64,000 nt of DNA from Eledone cirrhosa. Lineage: Eukaryota. Shown piece after piece: positions 26,965 through 39,814 of this stretch; position 1 is the first letter of the stretch, and the number at the start of each line of letters is the position of its first letter. The DNA is taken from positions 8,928,001 through 8,992,000 of the forward strand of contig OZ024753.1 of the NCBI GenBank assembly GCA_964016885.1. Reading direction: 5' to 3'. A program made the translations under genes and the position numbers. The notes under the pieces were generated by a model. That model had not been told where the DNA came from. It saw nothing but the letters and a program-made list of their open reading frames with translations, and searched no databases.

Positions 26965-27235
26965 TTAAATAAATGAAAACTATATTTATAAAACCATATT
27001 TATTCTATTATATATATTTCAAGGGTACCAAAAATTTGGTACGCTCTCATCAGATAAAATACAAAGTTTGTTTTATAAATATTGACATTACCAGAAAAAA
27101 ATACCTTAACGGTTCAAGTTTTTCCAGGAAAAACTTGAACTGCTAAGGTATTTTTTAGAAAAACTGTTGAGTGCTTCGAATCAGTTATAAACATTTATAT
27201 TTGTTGGATTACCAACAAATTGCATATCCCTTTTG

Positions 27236-27238
<3 letters not shown>
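26965..27238. mobile_element. PLE pLTR copy, inverted and internally deleted
   Basis: Same family as 25772-26232; central hairpin AAAAAATACCTTA..GTTCAAGTTTTTCC/GGAAAAACTTGAAC..TAAGGTATTTTTT. Confidence 0.75.
27001..27061 (-). ncRNA. Type I minimal hammerhead ribozyme
   Basis: TATTTTAT-CTGATGA-GAGC GTACCAAA tt TTTGGTAC CCTT-GAAA-TATATA-TA^-ATAGAATA. Confidence 0.82.
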
Positions 27239-27290
<52 letters not shown>

Positions 27291-27325
27291 TTATTGGCAA
27301 CATGACCCTCCCAAAGTATAACAAT

Positions 27326-27370
<45 letters not shown>

Positions 27371-27854
27371 ATATATTTAATAATATACTGTATGTTTATC
27401 TTAAAATATTTTGAAGACCATCCGCTAAGAATTTTAAAGTAGTGACTACGTCACGTAGTTAGTCTCGGCAAAAGCAAAGGGGAATAATCAACGGTAGTAC
27501 GTTTCTCACTTGTAAGTGGTTGTCAAGACTACATAGCCCCATTTGCTCATGAATAACCATGGGAATTGCACCTAAAATGTTCCCCTCGAAGGCATAAGTC
27601 AGGGCAAGGTTTTTTGTGCAAGACCTGCTGGAGTTCATGCATACTAGTCTCCCCTCTTAACATCACTGTTGTTATCCAAAGGATAGGCAAAGGCTGATAC
27701 TACCGAACATTTAACCAGTAAAGCCACACTATATTTTTGGCATCATTTCTATGGCTGGATGTTCTTCCTTACACTAACAACTTTAAAATGGCATCAACAC
27801 TAGAGAAGTCATCATACTCTGGGTAGGACTAAACAGCCCTCTTTATTTTGCATT

Positions 27855-28018
27855 CAAGGGTCAGTTGAAAAGTTCATAGTCTGACCAAGATACTCTCGTG
27901 GAATGACCAAACGATGTTTATTTTTCAACATAGTCTCTGGAAAGAAACAATATAGTTATTAATAAGAAGAATTGAAATTAACGAATGCAAGATTTCACAG
28001 CTCTAGCATCACTCCTTG
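27855..28018 (-). mobile_element. Mariner-derived MITE, partial (1 unit)
   Basis: CAAGGGTCAGTTGAAAAGTTC TIR plus one reverse 143-bp unit. Confidence 0.75.
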
Positions 28019-28049
28019 TATATATATATATATATATCTATATATATAT

Positions 28050-28086
<37 letters not shown>

Positions 28087-28770
28087 CACACACATATATA
28101 TATATATATATACACACATATGTACACAGACACACATATACACACATATATATATATACACACACATACACATATATATATATATACACATATATACACA
28201 GACACATACACGCACACACACACATACACATATATATATATACGCACACATACAGATACACATATATATATAACATTTTCAAGATAAAGGCAAATAAATT
28301 TAAACATTAGATGAGATGGCAGAAAAAGTTGCTTTAAAGATCCAGAAATAACAACAAAGAACAGAACTATGAAGAGAAATGACTATAATTACGACACTCT
28401 AGTTGTGCAATGCTGAGTCTTCACAATTTCATTGGTTAATTGGGTTCAAGAAACAAATTTCCTAATAATATTACAGGTTAATTATACATTGCAAAACACA
28501 AGTGACATAATCTTGTGTGATGTCATGTAAACAGAGTTTGGGGTAGAAGTCAGGTTAATGAGAGCACATGATTATCAAACATTCAATCTCAATTTAAATT
28601 CTCCTCCGGTTCAATATAAATTATATAATGTCTGTGGAAATGGTTGAAGAATATAAGTTGTCAATAGATGGTTGTAATAATGATTTCCTCTGATAATCAC
28701 ATACAGATCTATCTGAGGTTAGTGAATATGGTGGTGAGTAGCGGCTCACTCTTCTATCTAGGATCTAATA

Positions 28771-29257
28771 CGAAGGTCGGTTGAAAAGTTCATTGGCTGC
28801 CTATGAAGGAGTGATGCTAGAGCTATAAAATCTTGGGTGCATTAATTTCAACACTTCTTATTAATAACTGCATTGTTTCTTTCCAGAGACCATGTTGAAA
28901 AATAAACCTCATTTGGTCATTCCATGAGAGTATCTTGGTCGGTCAGCCTATGAAAGAGTGATGTTAGTACTGTGAAATCTTTGGTGCATTAATTTCAACA
29001 CTTCTTATTAATAACTGCATTGTTTCTTTCCAGAGACTATGTTGAAAAATAAACCTCATTTGGTCATTCCATGAGACTATCTTGGTCAGCCTATGAAAGA
29101 GTGATGTTAGTACTGTGAAATCTTTGGTGCTTTAATTTCAACACTTCTTATTAATAACTGCATTGTTTCTTTCCAGAGACTATGTGAAAAATAAACCTCA
29201 TTTAGTCATTCCATGAGAGTATCTTGGTCAGACTATGAACTTTTCTGCCAACTTTCA
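28771..29257 (+). mobile_element. Mariner-derived MITE with 3 tandem units
   Basis: TA|CGAAGGTCGGTTGAAAAGTTC...GAACTTTTCTGCCAACTTTCA|TA; GACTATGTTGAAAAATAA (DYVEK*). Confidence 0.82.
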
Positions 29258-29337
29258 TACATACGTGACTAACTTTAATATCATCCATCTTTTTGGAATC
29301 AAGATAAAAGAAAACTACCCAGACATTATACTGGAGT

Positions 29338-29378
<41 letters not shown>

Positions 29379-29386
29379 GTGTGTGT

Positions 29387-29724
29387 CATCATTTCATCAT
29401 TCATTTCATTTTACGTCCGCTTTTTCCCTGCTTGCAAGGGTGGGACGGGAACTGATTCTGGCTTGATTTCTACAGCTGGATGCCCTTCCTAACACCACCT
29501 CATTTACAGTGAGTGCTGGGTGCTTTTTTGCCGTGACACCTCCACGACCACTTTGCAGTGGAATGATAGGGACCCCAGTCCCTATCATCTCATTTCTACA
29601 GCTGAGTAAACTGGAGCAATGTGAAATAAAGTGTCTTGCTCAAGGAAACAACACATCACCCGGTCTGAGAATTGAACTCACAACCTTTCGGTTGCAAGGC
29701 CAATACTCTAACCACTAAGCCATG
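29387..29724 (-). mobile_element. tRNA-derived SINE
   Basis: Reverse complement of 14248-14590. Confidence 0.9.
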
Positions 29725-30266
29725 TGTATGTATATATATAATGTGTGTGTATGTGTGTATGTATATGTGTGCGTGTGGGTATATATATATATATATGTGT
29801 GTATATATATATATCATCATCATGATCATCATTTTACGTCCGCTTTTATATATATATGTATATATATATATGTACATATGTGTGTGTGTGTACATATCTA
29901 TATATATATATATATGTATAGGTTTGTGGATGTATATGTAACTGTGTATGTGTATATGTATATATCACTATAACAGGGTGTGCATATCTGTGTATCTGAG
30001 TATGTGAGTGAATGACTGTGTGTGTGTGTGTGTGTGTAACTGTGTGTATGTACATCTGTATATGTGCATCTGGTAACATGTAACCCAGTACAACCTGTCA
30101 TATGGTCGGGTCGTCGGCGACTAAACCGGCAACCCCACCAAGTTTACTTGGTGAGGAGGGTGATTTTGGTCACCCTGCAGGACAAGAAACAAAACCTAAC
30201 AAAGGGCGGAAGAACTCATAAGTCAACGGCCATCCACAAGTGTGTAAATATGTATATACATGTATG

Positions 30267-30306
<40 letters not shown>

Positions 30307-30728
30307 CATGTATGTATATGTGTATATTCATGTGTGCATGTGTATGTATATGCACGGGTATATATATGTATATACATGTATGTATGTATATGTATATGTG
30401 TATATTCAGTGTGCATGTGTATGTATAAGCGCGGGTATATATATGTATATATATGTATGCATATGTATGTATATGTATATATTCATGTGTGCATGTGTAT
30501 GTATATGCGTGGGTATATATATGTATATACATGTCTGCATATGTATGTATATGTATATATGTATATTCATGTATGCATGTGTATGTATATGCGCAGGTAT
30601 ATATATGTATATACATGTATGCATATGTATATGTGTATATTCATGTGTGCATGTGTATGTATATGCGCGGGTATATATATGTATATACATGTATGTATAT
30701 GTATATATTCATGTGTGCATGTGTATGT

Positions 30729-31665
30729 ATATAGACAGATGCACATACACAGATATACACACACAGAGATACACAGAGATATGCATACACTGTTATAGCG
30801 ATATATACAGATGCACATATGGTGGCTGCCCCCCTCGTTATCGAGTATGGCCATTGCACGATATATCATTATTAATAATTATTAATTAATTCTTTCGTGC
30901 AATGCCTGAGCGTGAAGATATTTTTTAAAGTGAGGAAAGACTGTGCACGGAGCCAATCCCACTCTCTGAGCGACAGTAGCTATAACCTGAAAAAAAGAAA
31001 AGATCAACATCATGGGTAACTACTGAGCCGCAGGTTTTATATTGGAGTTAACCCAGTTTCCGGGTATATATATGTATATACATGTCTGCATATGTATGTA
31101 TATGTATATATTCATGTGTGCACATGTCTGTATATGCGCGGGTATATATATATGTATATACATGTATGCATATGTATGTATATGTATATGTGTATATACA
31201 TGAGTGCATGTGTATGTATATGCGTGCGCGGGACATAGAAATAGTCGAGCTGGATACCCGATCGCGCGGTTAAACCACTGGGGGTGAAGGACCCTAGCCC
31301 TTGTCAGGGAATTCTTCTAGGAGAAGGCAACTCAGGAAACTGGGATAACTCCGACATAAAACCTGCGGCTCAGTAGTTACCGATGATGTTGATCTTTTCT
31401 TCTTTTCGGGTTATAGCTACTGTCGCCCAGAGAGTGGGATTGGCTCCGTGCACAGTCTTTCCTCACTTTAAATAATATCTTCACACACAGGCATTGCACG
31501 ATAGAATTAATTGATAATTATTAATAATGGTATATCGTGCAATGGCCATACTCGATGACGAGGGGGGCAGCCATCATATGTGCATCTGTATATATTGCTA
31601 TAACAGTGTATGCATATCTCTGTGTATCTGTGTATGTATATCTGTGTATGTGCATCTGTCTATAT
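30729..31665. repeat. Large inverted repeat (~330-bp arms) containing an RTE-UTR-like retroelement
   Basis: Arms 30729-31061 and 31335-31665. The spacer holds minisatellite units and the element's unique part (31230-31334, CTAGGAGAAGGCAACTC). Confidence 0.85.
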
Positions 31666-31988
31666 CACTATAGCAGTGTGTATGTGTGTGCATGTGCATC
31701 TATTTCTATAACTGTGTGTACATATCTGTATGTATGTATGTATGTGTGTATATGTGTATATGTGTGCACGCGCATAGGTTTAAGTTCAGAAAGGGATTGT
31801 GTGTAATTTTCTGTATCAGTCAAGAGACTGGGTGGAGCGGGGGGGGGGGGGGGGCTATGGGGTGTGTTGCTGTGAGCTGTGTTGTTATGAGGTGACATAA
31901 ACACACTAACTTACTACTTATTTATGTTGTGAATTTCCTATATATAATATATATTAGACATAGCTGTGTGGTTATGTATATATGTCTT

Positions 31989-32120
<132 letters not shown>

Positions 32121-32230
32121 TACATAGATATATAGATAGATGGATAGGTATACATAGATAAATAAATAAATATATATATATATATTTAGATAGATAGATA
32201 TACATAGATGGATATATATATATACATAGC

Positions 32231-32321
<91 letters not shown>

Positions 32322-32428
32322 AAATTGATATATAGGTAGATAGATAAATAGATATATGAATATATATATATATAGAGAGAGAGATATAGATAGATTCATA
32401 AATATATATATATAGGTATACATAGATA

Positions 32429-32497
<69 letters not shown>

Positions 32498-32729
32498 AAA
32501 TTAATAAATAGGTAGGTAGTGAGATATATATCTATATAAATGATGATGATGATATATATATATATAGGTAGCTAGATAGTTAAATTGATAAACAGATAGA
32601 TAGTTAAAAAGATAGATAGATAGATAAATATTTAAATGGACGGCTAGATAAAAATATATTGGTTATCAATAAAAGCATAGTAATTCTGTGCTCTTTATTT
32701 TTAAGTATAAGGTATGAAGCAATAAAACT

Positions 32730-33352
32730 GCAGTCAAGACATAGATGCAGTCAACCTGAGAAAATAATCACTTGAACAAATAAATTTAAGACTTAAAAAG
32801 GTTCAAATTTTCTTGCAGCTTGTCTACATAAACTTTTTTTTCCAACATTGAAAGAAGACACTAATAATAATGGAGCAGAAGAGTGAGTGAGAGGCCACTA
32901 AGTGGTCACTGAATTTGCTAGAAATAACAGCTAAAAATCTCTTTCAAATTATGACCATGACTCCATTAGAATGATATCCCTATGAATTCACCCTATCAGA
33001 AGTTAAGAGTTCTTTAACTATTCTATAATAACTAGGGCTTCTAATGAGAGAGATTTTCTAAGGGAGAATGAGACTACTTTTAATCTCCACTACAGAGGAA
33101 GTTCTAATATTAAATAAGGCAAGAGTTGTATTGAATAATTTGGTCAAGACATAGATTCGGTCAACCTGAGAAAATAATGACTTGATTAAATAAATTTAAG
33201 ACTTAAAAAGGTCCAATTTTTCTTGCAGTTTGTCTTTATAAACATTTTTTTCCAACATTCAAAAAAGACACTAAAAAATGGAGCTGAACTGAGAAGCCTC
33301 TAACTGGTCCCTTAATTTGCTAGAAACAACAGCCAAATCTCCTTCAAATCAT
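32730..33352. repeat. Diverged direct duplication (~32730-32955 vs ~33142-33352)
   Basis: GTCAAGACATAGAT..GTCAACCTGAGAAAATAAT..AAATTTAAGACTTAAAAAGG..TTCCAACATT..AATTTGCTAGAAA occurs twice. Confidence 0.8.
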
Positions 33353-33669
33353 ACACTACTATATCAACCAAGGCAGATATTTTATTGGACAATATAGTCA
33401 TAGATATACTGTATTTGAAAATAAGATCTGGTTGTGATAGCTAGAAGATGGTCACAGATCAGTTAAATCAGAATAGACCTAGGGTTAAACAACAACAACA
33501 ACAACAACAACAGTGGCAGCAGCAACAAGAACAACAAGATTAATAAATGAAATTAGAGTAAAATTTCCCTTGAAAATTATGTTGCTATGACAACAGGTTT
33601 CAATTTAAAGATTATTTTAATATTAAATTGTCTTTATTTAATCATTATATACATTTTAACATATAATAC

Positions 33670-34512
33670 ACATACACACCCAAAGATCATACATATACAT
33701 ACACACGCAAAGATCATACATATACATACACACGCAAAGATCATACATATACATACACACGCAAAGAACATACACATACACACCCAAAGATCATACATAC
33801 ACATACATACCCAAAGAACATACATATATATACACACGCAAAGAACATATATACACATACACACCCAAAGATCATACATACACATACATACCCAAAGAAC
33901 ATATATACACATACACACGCAAAGAACATATATACACATACACACCCAAAGATCATACATACACATACACACCCAAAGAACATACATACACATACACACG
34001 CAAAGAACATATATACACATACACACGCAAAGAACATATATACACATACACACGCAAAGAACATATATACACATACACACGCAAAGAACATATATACACA
34101 TACACACCCAAAGATCATACATACACATACATACCCAAAGAACATATATACACATACACACCCAAAGATCATACATACACATACACACCCAAAGATCATA
34201 CATACACATACATACCCAAAGAACATATATACACATACACACCCAAAGATCATACATACACATACATACCCAAAGAACATATATACACATACACACCCAA
34301 AGATCATACATACACATACATACCCAAAGAACATACATACACATACACACCCAAAGAACATACATACACATACACACCCAAAGAACATACATACACATAC
34401 ACACCCAAAGAACATACATACACATACACACCCAAAGAACATACATACACATACACACCCAAAGAACATACATACACATACACACCCAAAGAACATACAT
34501 ACACATACACAA
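33670..34512. repeat. 27-bp minisatellite, ~30 copies
   Basis: Unit CACACCCAAAGAACATACATACACATA; 9-aa period HTQRTYIHI. Confidence 0.93.
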
Positions 34513-34692
34513 AATCGCACTGAAGGTTTTGATTTGGTTTTAAATTTGATTGTGTTTATTTGATCATAAAGGTGAGAAAATGGCCGAGACATTACGGCGT
34601 CAAAGGAAAAGTGCCCCTGACTGCATTAGAACAATACCGTTATGGTCCCACCCCATCAGGAGTTCTTTAACTATTCTATAACTATTTTATAA

Positions 34693-37600
34693 ACACATAT
34701 ATATATATTAACACATGATCCATATGACAGGTGCAATGTGTCCGAACGTGGAAGAGCCAAACTCCCACTGTCATCGCCTCCATCTCTCGCGTCCTCCCCT
34801 CCATCTCTCGCGCCCTCCCCATCTCTCACATGTACACCAGGACCAAATACGGAAGAGCCAAACTCCCACTGTCATCGCCCCCATCTCTCGCACCCTCCCC
34901 ATCTCTCACATGTACACCAGGACCAAACACGGAAGAGCCAAACTCCCACTGTCATCGCCTCCATCTCTCGCACCCTCCCCATCTCTCACATGTACACCAG
35001 GACCAAACACGGAAGAACCAAACTCCCACTGTCATCGCCTCCATCTCTCGCACCCTCCCCATCTCTCACATGTACACCAGGACCAAACACGGAAGAGCCA
35101 AACTCCCACTGTCATCCCCTCCATCTCTCGCGCCCTCCCCATCTCTCACATGTACACCAGGACCAAACACGGAAGACCCAAACTCCCACTGTCATCCCCT
35201 CCATCTCTCGCGCCCTCCCCATCTCTCACATGTACACCAGGACCAAACACGGAAGAGCCAAACTCCCACTGTCATCGCCTCCATCTCTCGCGCCCTCCCC
35301 ATCTCTCACATGTACACCAGGACCAAACACGGAAGAGCCAAACTCCCACTGTCATCCCCTCCATCTCTCGCACCCTCCCCATCTCTCACATGTACACCAG
35401 GACCAAACACGGAAGAGCCAAACTCCCACTGTCATCCCCTCCATCTCTCGCGCCCTCCCCATCTCTCACATGTACACCAGGACCAAACACGGAAGAGCCA
35501 AACTCCCACTGTCATCGCCTCCATCTCTCGCGCCCTCCCCATCTCTCACATGTACACCAGGACCAAACACGGAAGAGCCAAACTCCCACTGTCATCGCCC
35601 CCATCTCTCGCACCCTCCCCATCTCTCACATGTACACCAGGACCAAACACGGAAGAGCCAAACTCCCACTGTCATCGTCTCCATCTCTCGCGTCCTCCCC
35701 TCCATCTCTCGCGCCCTCCCCATCTCTCACATGTACACCAGGACCAAACACGGAAGAGCCAAACTCCCACTGTCATCGCCTCCATCTCTCGCGTCCTCCC
35801 CTCCATCTCTCGCGCCCTCCCCATCTCTCACATGTACACCAGGACCAAATACGGAAGAGCCAAACTCCCACTGTCATCGCCCCCATCTCTCGCACCCTCC
35901 CCATCTCTCACATGTACACCAGGACCAAACACGGAAGAGCCAAACTCCCACTGTCATCGCCTCCATCTCTCGCACCCTCCCCATCTCTCACATGTACACC
36001 AGGACCAAACACGGAAGAACCAAACTCCCACTGTCATCGCCTCCATCTCTCGCACCCTCCCCATCTCTCACATGTACACCAGGACCAAACACGGAAGAGC
36101 CAAACTCCCACTGTCATCCCCTCCATCTCTCGCGCCCTCCCCATCTCTCACATGTACACCAGGACCAAACACGGAAGAGCCAAACTCCCACTGTCATCCC
36201 CTCCATCTCTCGCGCCCTCCCCATCTCTCACATGTACACCAGGACCAAACACGGAAGAGCCAAACTCCCACTGTCATCGCCCCCATCTCTCGCGCCCTCC
36301 CCATCTCTCACATGTACACCAGGACCAAACACCGAAGAGCCAAACTCCCACTGTCATCCCCTCCATCTCTCGCGCCCTCCCCATCTCTCACATGTACACC
36401 AGGACCAAACACGGAAGAGCCAAACTCCCACTGTCATCGCCTCCATCTCTCGCGCCCTCCCCATCTCTCACATGTACACCAGGACCAAACACCGAAGAGC
36501 CAAACTCCCACTGTCATCGCCCCCATCTCTCGCGCCCTCCCCATCTCTCACATGTACACCAGGACCAAACACGGAAGAGCCAAACTCCCACTGTCATCGC
36601 CTCCATCTCTCGCGCCCTCCCCATCTCTCACATGTACACCAGGACCAAACACGGAAGAGCCAAACTCCCACTGTCATCGCCTCCATCTTTCTCGCCCTCC
36701 CCATCTCTCACATGTACACCAGGACCAAACACGGAAGAGCCAAACTCCCACTGTCATCGCCTCCATCTCTCACATGTACACCAGGGTCAAACACGGAAGA
36801 GCCAAACTCCCACTGTCATCGCCTCCATCTCTCGCGCCCTTCCCATCTCTCACATGTACACCAGGACCAAACACGGAAGAGCCAAACTCCCACTGTCATC
36901 GCCTCCATCTCTCGCACCCTCCCCATCTCTCACATGTACACCAGGACCAAACACGGAAGAGCCAAACTCCCACTGTCATCGCCTCCATCTCTCGCGCCCT
37001 CCCCATCTCTCACATGTACACCAGGACCAAACACGGAAGAGCCAAACTCCCACTCATCGCCTCCATCTCTCGCGCCCTCCCCATCTCTCACATGTACACC
37101 AGGACCAAACACGGAAGAGCCAAACTCCCACTGTCATCGCCTCCATCTCTCGCGCCCTCCCCATCTCTCACATGTACACCAGGACCAAACACGGAAGAGC
37201 CAAACTCCCACTGTCATCGCCTCCATCTCTCGCACCCTTCCCATCTCTCACATGTACACCAGGACCAAACACGGAAGAGCCAAACTCCCACTGTCATCGC
37301 CTCCATCTCTCTCGCCCTCCCCATCTCTCACATGTACACCAGGACCAAACACGGAAGAGCCAAACTCCCACTGTCATCGCCTCCATCTCTCGCACCCTCC
37401 CCATCTCTCACATGTACACCAGGACCAAACACGGAAGAGCCAAACTCCCACTGTCATCGCCTCCATCTCTCGCGCCCTCCCCATCTCTCACATGTACACC
37501 AGGACCAAACACGGAAGAGCCAAACTCCCACTCATCGCCTCCATCTCTCGCGCCCTCCCCATCTCTCACATGTACACCAGGACCAAACACGGAAGAGCCA

Positions 37601-38087
37601 AACTCCCACTGTCATCGCCTCCATCTCTCGCGCCCTCCCCATCTCTCACATGTACACCAGGACCAAACACGGAAGAGCCAAACTCCCACTGTCATCGCCT
37701 CCATCTCTCGCACCCTTCCCATCTCTCACATGTACACCAGGACCAAACACGGAAGAGCCAAACTCCCACTGTCATCGCCTCCATCTCTCTCGCCCTCCCC
37801 ATCTCTCACATGTACACCAGGACCAAACACGGAAGAGCCAAACTCCCACTGTCATCGCCTCCATCTCTCGCACCCTTCCCATCTCTCTGTATAGTGAGCA
37901 AAAGGGCTCCCACGTGCTGGACCCCCCACAGCCCCGGTGGACAGAATGGAGAAGGCGTTTCCCTAGAGGATGATAAGGGAGATGATCTGGAAGAGCCATT
38001 CCATCTCGCGCGGCTCACACCTGAGGCTGGCCAACTCAGCACCTATGGTGGTGAGTAGGGAGGTAGCCCTGGGGCCAAGGACACCAT
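34693..38087 (-). mobile_element. 5'-truncated CRE-clade non-LTR retrotransposon with internal satellite
   Basis: TSD TATTTTATAA at 34683-34692 and 38088-38097. Minus translation from 38085: GVLGPRATSLLTTIGAELASLRCEPREMEWLFQIISLIIL*GNAFSILST, matching the CRE C-terminal GPxA...PRE..L.QR.S....RGNA motif. (TA)n tail at 34697-34708. Confidence 0.82.
34749..37887. repeat. 80-bp GC-rich tandem repeat, ~39 copies
   Basis: Unit GGAAGAGCCAAACTCCCACTGTCATCGCCTCCATCTCTCGCGCCCTCCCCATCTCTCACATGTACACCAGGACCAAACAC; no stop codon in any plus frame. Confidence 0.97.
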
Positions 38088-38419
38088 TATTTTATAATAA
38101 TATTCTGGGCCCTCTATCTGGGGCTTCTAATGAGAAAGATTTTGTAAGGGAGAATGAGACTTCTTTTAATCCTCCTTACAGTAGGTCTAACAATTATTAT
38201 AATTCCAGGAAGACGAGGGTTTCCTTTGCAGTGGTGACAGGGAGGGTAAATATCAAGAGAATAAATGGGTCTAGAGGAATCAGTTAAGGACCAAAATACT
38301 TGAGATGGGGTTTCTTCTCTGAAGACCTTCTGCTGTCCGGCTTTCCTGAGAGTTTCTTACCACTAGTAATTGTTTCTACTTTAGGCGCAAGGCCAGCAAT
38401 TTGAAGGGGAGGGGACAGT

Positions 38420-38581
38420 TACCATAATTCCTGGTGCTACTCTTTTCCTAAAATAAGTCTTAAAAATCTACCATAAGTCCTGGAGGCCGAAGGTTGTTTA
38501 CAAGTTTATTCAAATTTTTGGTTATCAAAATTAGGGTGCCTCCTCGAGGACGGAACGTCTTCAGTGTCAGGCAATACGGTA
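38420..38581. mobile_element. pogo/Tigger-like MITE inserted in a SINE
   Basis: Ends TACCATAATTCCTGG and TCAGGCAATACGGTA (imperfect TIR, TA flanks); minus-strand SINE sequence continues on both sides. Confidence 0.6.
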
Positions 38582-38887
38582 ATTAAATCAACCTCAGTGC
38601 ATTACAGGAGCTTTATTTTATCGACCTCGTAAGGTAACTTTGCATTTCATCCTTCCAGCATTGAAAAAATAAAGTACCAGTTATATACCGAGGTTGATAA
38701 GATCAACTATTTTATCTCCTCAAAACTGCTGGCCTTGTTCCTAATTTAGAAACCTTATACTGCAGTGGGTCCACAAAAATCATTAGAGTGCCAGAGAAAA
38801 ATCTTTGTGCTGTTTAGTTAGAGTGCTATACAATTCTAAGTTGACACCCTGATAAGGTTAACTTTGCCTTTCATCCTTCTGGGATTA

Positions 38888-39170
38888 ATAATAATAATAA
38901 TGAAATTATTGTGTACAGTGCTCAGGTGCACTACAACTCATCAAAGGTGCATGTAAAGTACATAGAATAATATACAAATGTCAGGGAAGTGAATAGTGTA
39001 TGAGTCATGATATACATGTGTACATGTGTGCATGTGTATCGAGGGGGAATATTAGGTGTAGTGTTGGTGAATCTCAGGAAGCATGGAGGTTTTAAAGGAT
39101 GCAGTGTCTCGACAGCTAACAACTGATGCATGTAGTTTGTTCCATGCTTCAGCAACTCTGAGCGTGCATA
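38888..39170 (-). mobile_element. CR1-like LINE 3' end
   Basis: Minus strand reads RVAEAWNKL..SVVSCRDTASFK (RV..WN.L CR1 C-terminal motif); ATT tail; second short copy at 39277-39367. Confidence 0.75.
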
Positions 39171-39464
39171 GCAAAAAGGTGTACTAGCAGGACTTAGTTA
39201 CCTGATCAGTTTGGCTTCAGCATGTGACAGCTGCCTAACCCATGGAAAATAGATGGTAAAATGTGATGATGAGGATAATAATAATGAAATTATTGTGTAC
39301 AGTGCTCAGGTGCACTACAACTCGTCAAAGGTGCATGTATAGTACATAGAATAATATACAAATGTCTTGATAAAATATAGTACCAGTTAAATACTGAGGT
39401 CAATATAATTGACTTTCCCTTCCCCCAAATTATTGGCCTTGTATTTATGTTAGAAATCATTATT

Positions 39465-39814
39465 GTAGAGGGTCGGACGCCATGCTTTCCAGCAGAGTTA
39501 CGTCCCTTTACGGTCTGAGTTCAAATCCCATCGAGGTTAACTTTGCCTTTCATCCTTACGGGGTCGATAAAATAAAGTACCAGTAATGCTCTGGGTATTT
39601 TCTGGCCTTGTGCCAAAAGTAGAAACAATTATTATTACTATTTTGACCAGGGCGGTGGATTGGCAGTCTCGGTAGAGCATCAGACACCATGCTTTGCAGC
39701 ACAGAGTTACGGCTCTTTATGGTCTGAATTTAAATTTCGCCAATGTTAGCTTTGCCTTTCATCCTTACAAGTTTGATAAAATAAAGTATCAGTAATACAC
39801 TGGGGTCAATTTAA
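39465..39814 (+). mobile_element. Two tandem Meta-domain SINE copies; the second is split by a MITE and resumes at 41334
   Basis: GAGTTCAAAT B-box; TTTGCCTTTCATCCTTAC.GGGTCGATAAAATAAAGTACCAG; tail resumes at 41334-41390. Confidence 0.8.

Noticed and set aside
34715-38058. Three ORFs of 1059-1106 aa as protein-coding genes
   Set aside because: They result from a stop-free 80-bp tandem unit inside a TSD-flanked retroelement; there is no independent coding evidence.
38160-38185. FNPPYS motif suggesting a Penelope linker
   Set aside because: Lacks the preceding W and neighbouring motifs; the paralog at ~33075 reads FNLHYR.
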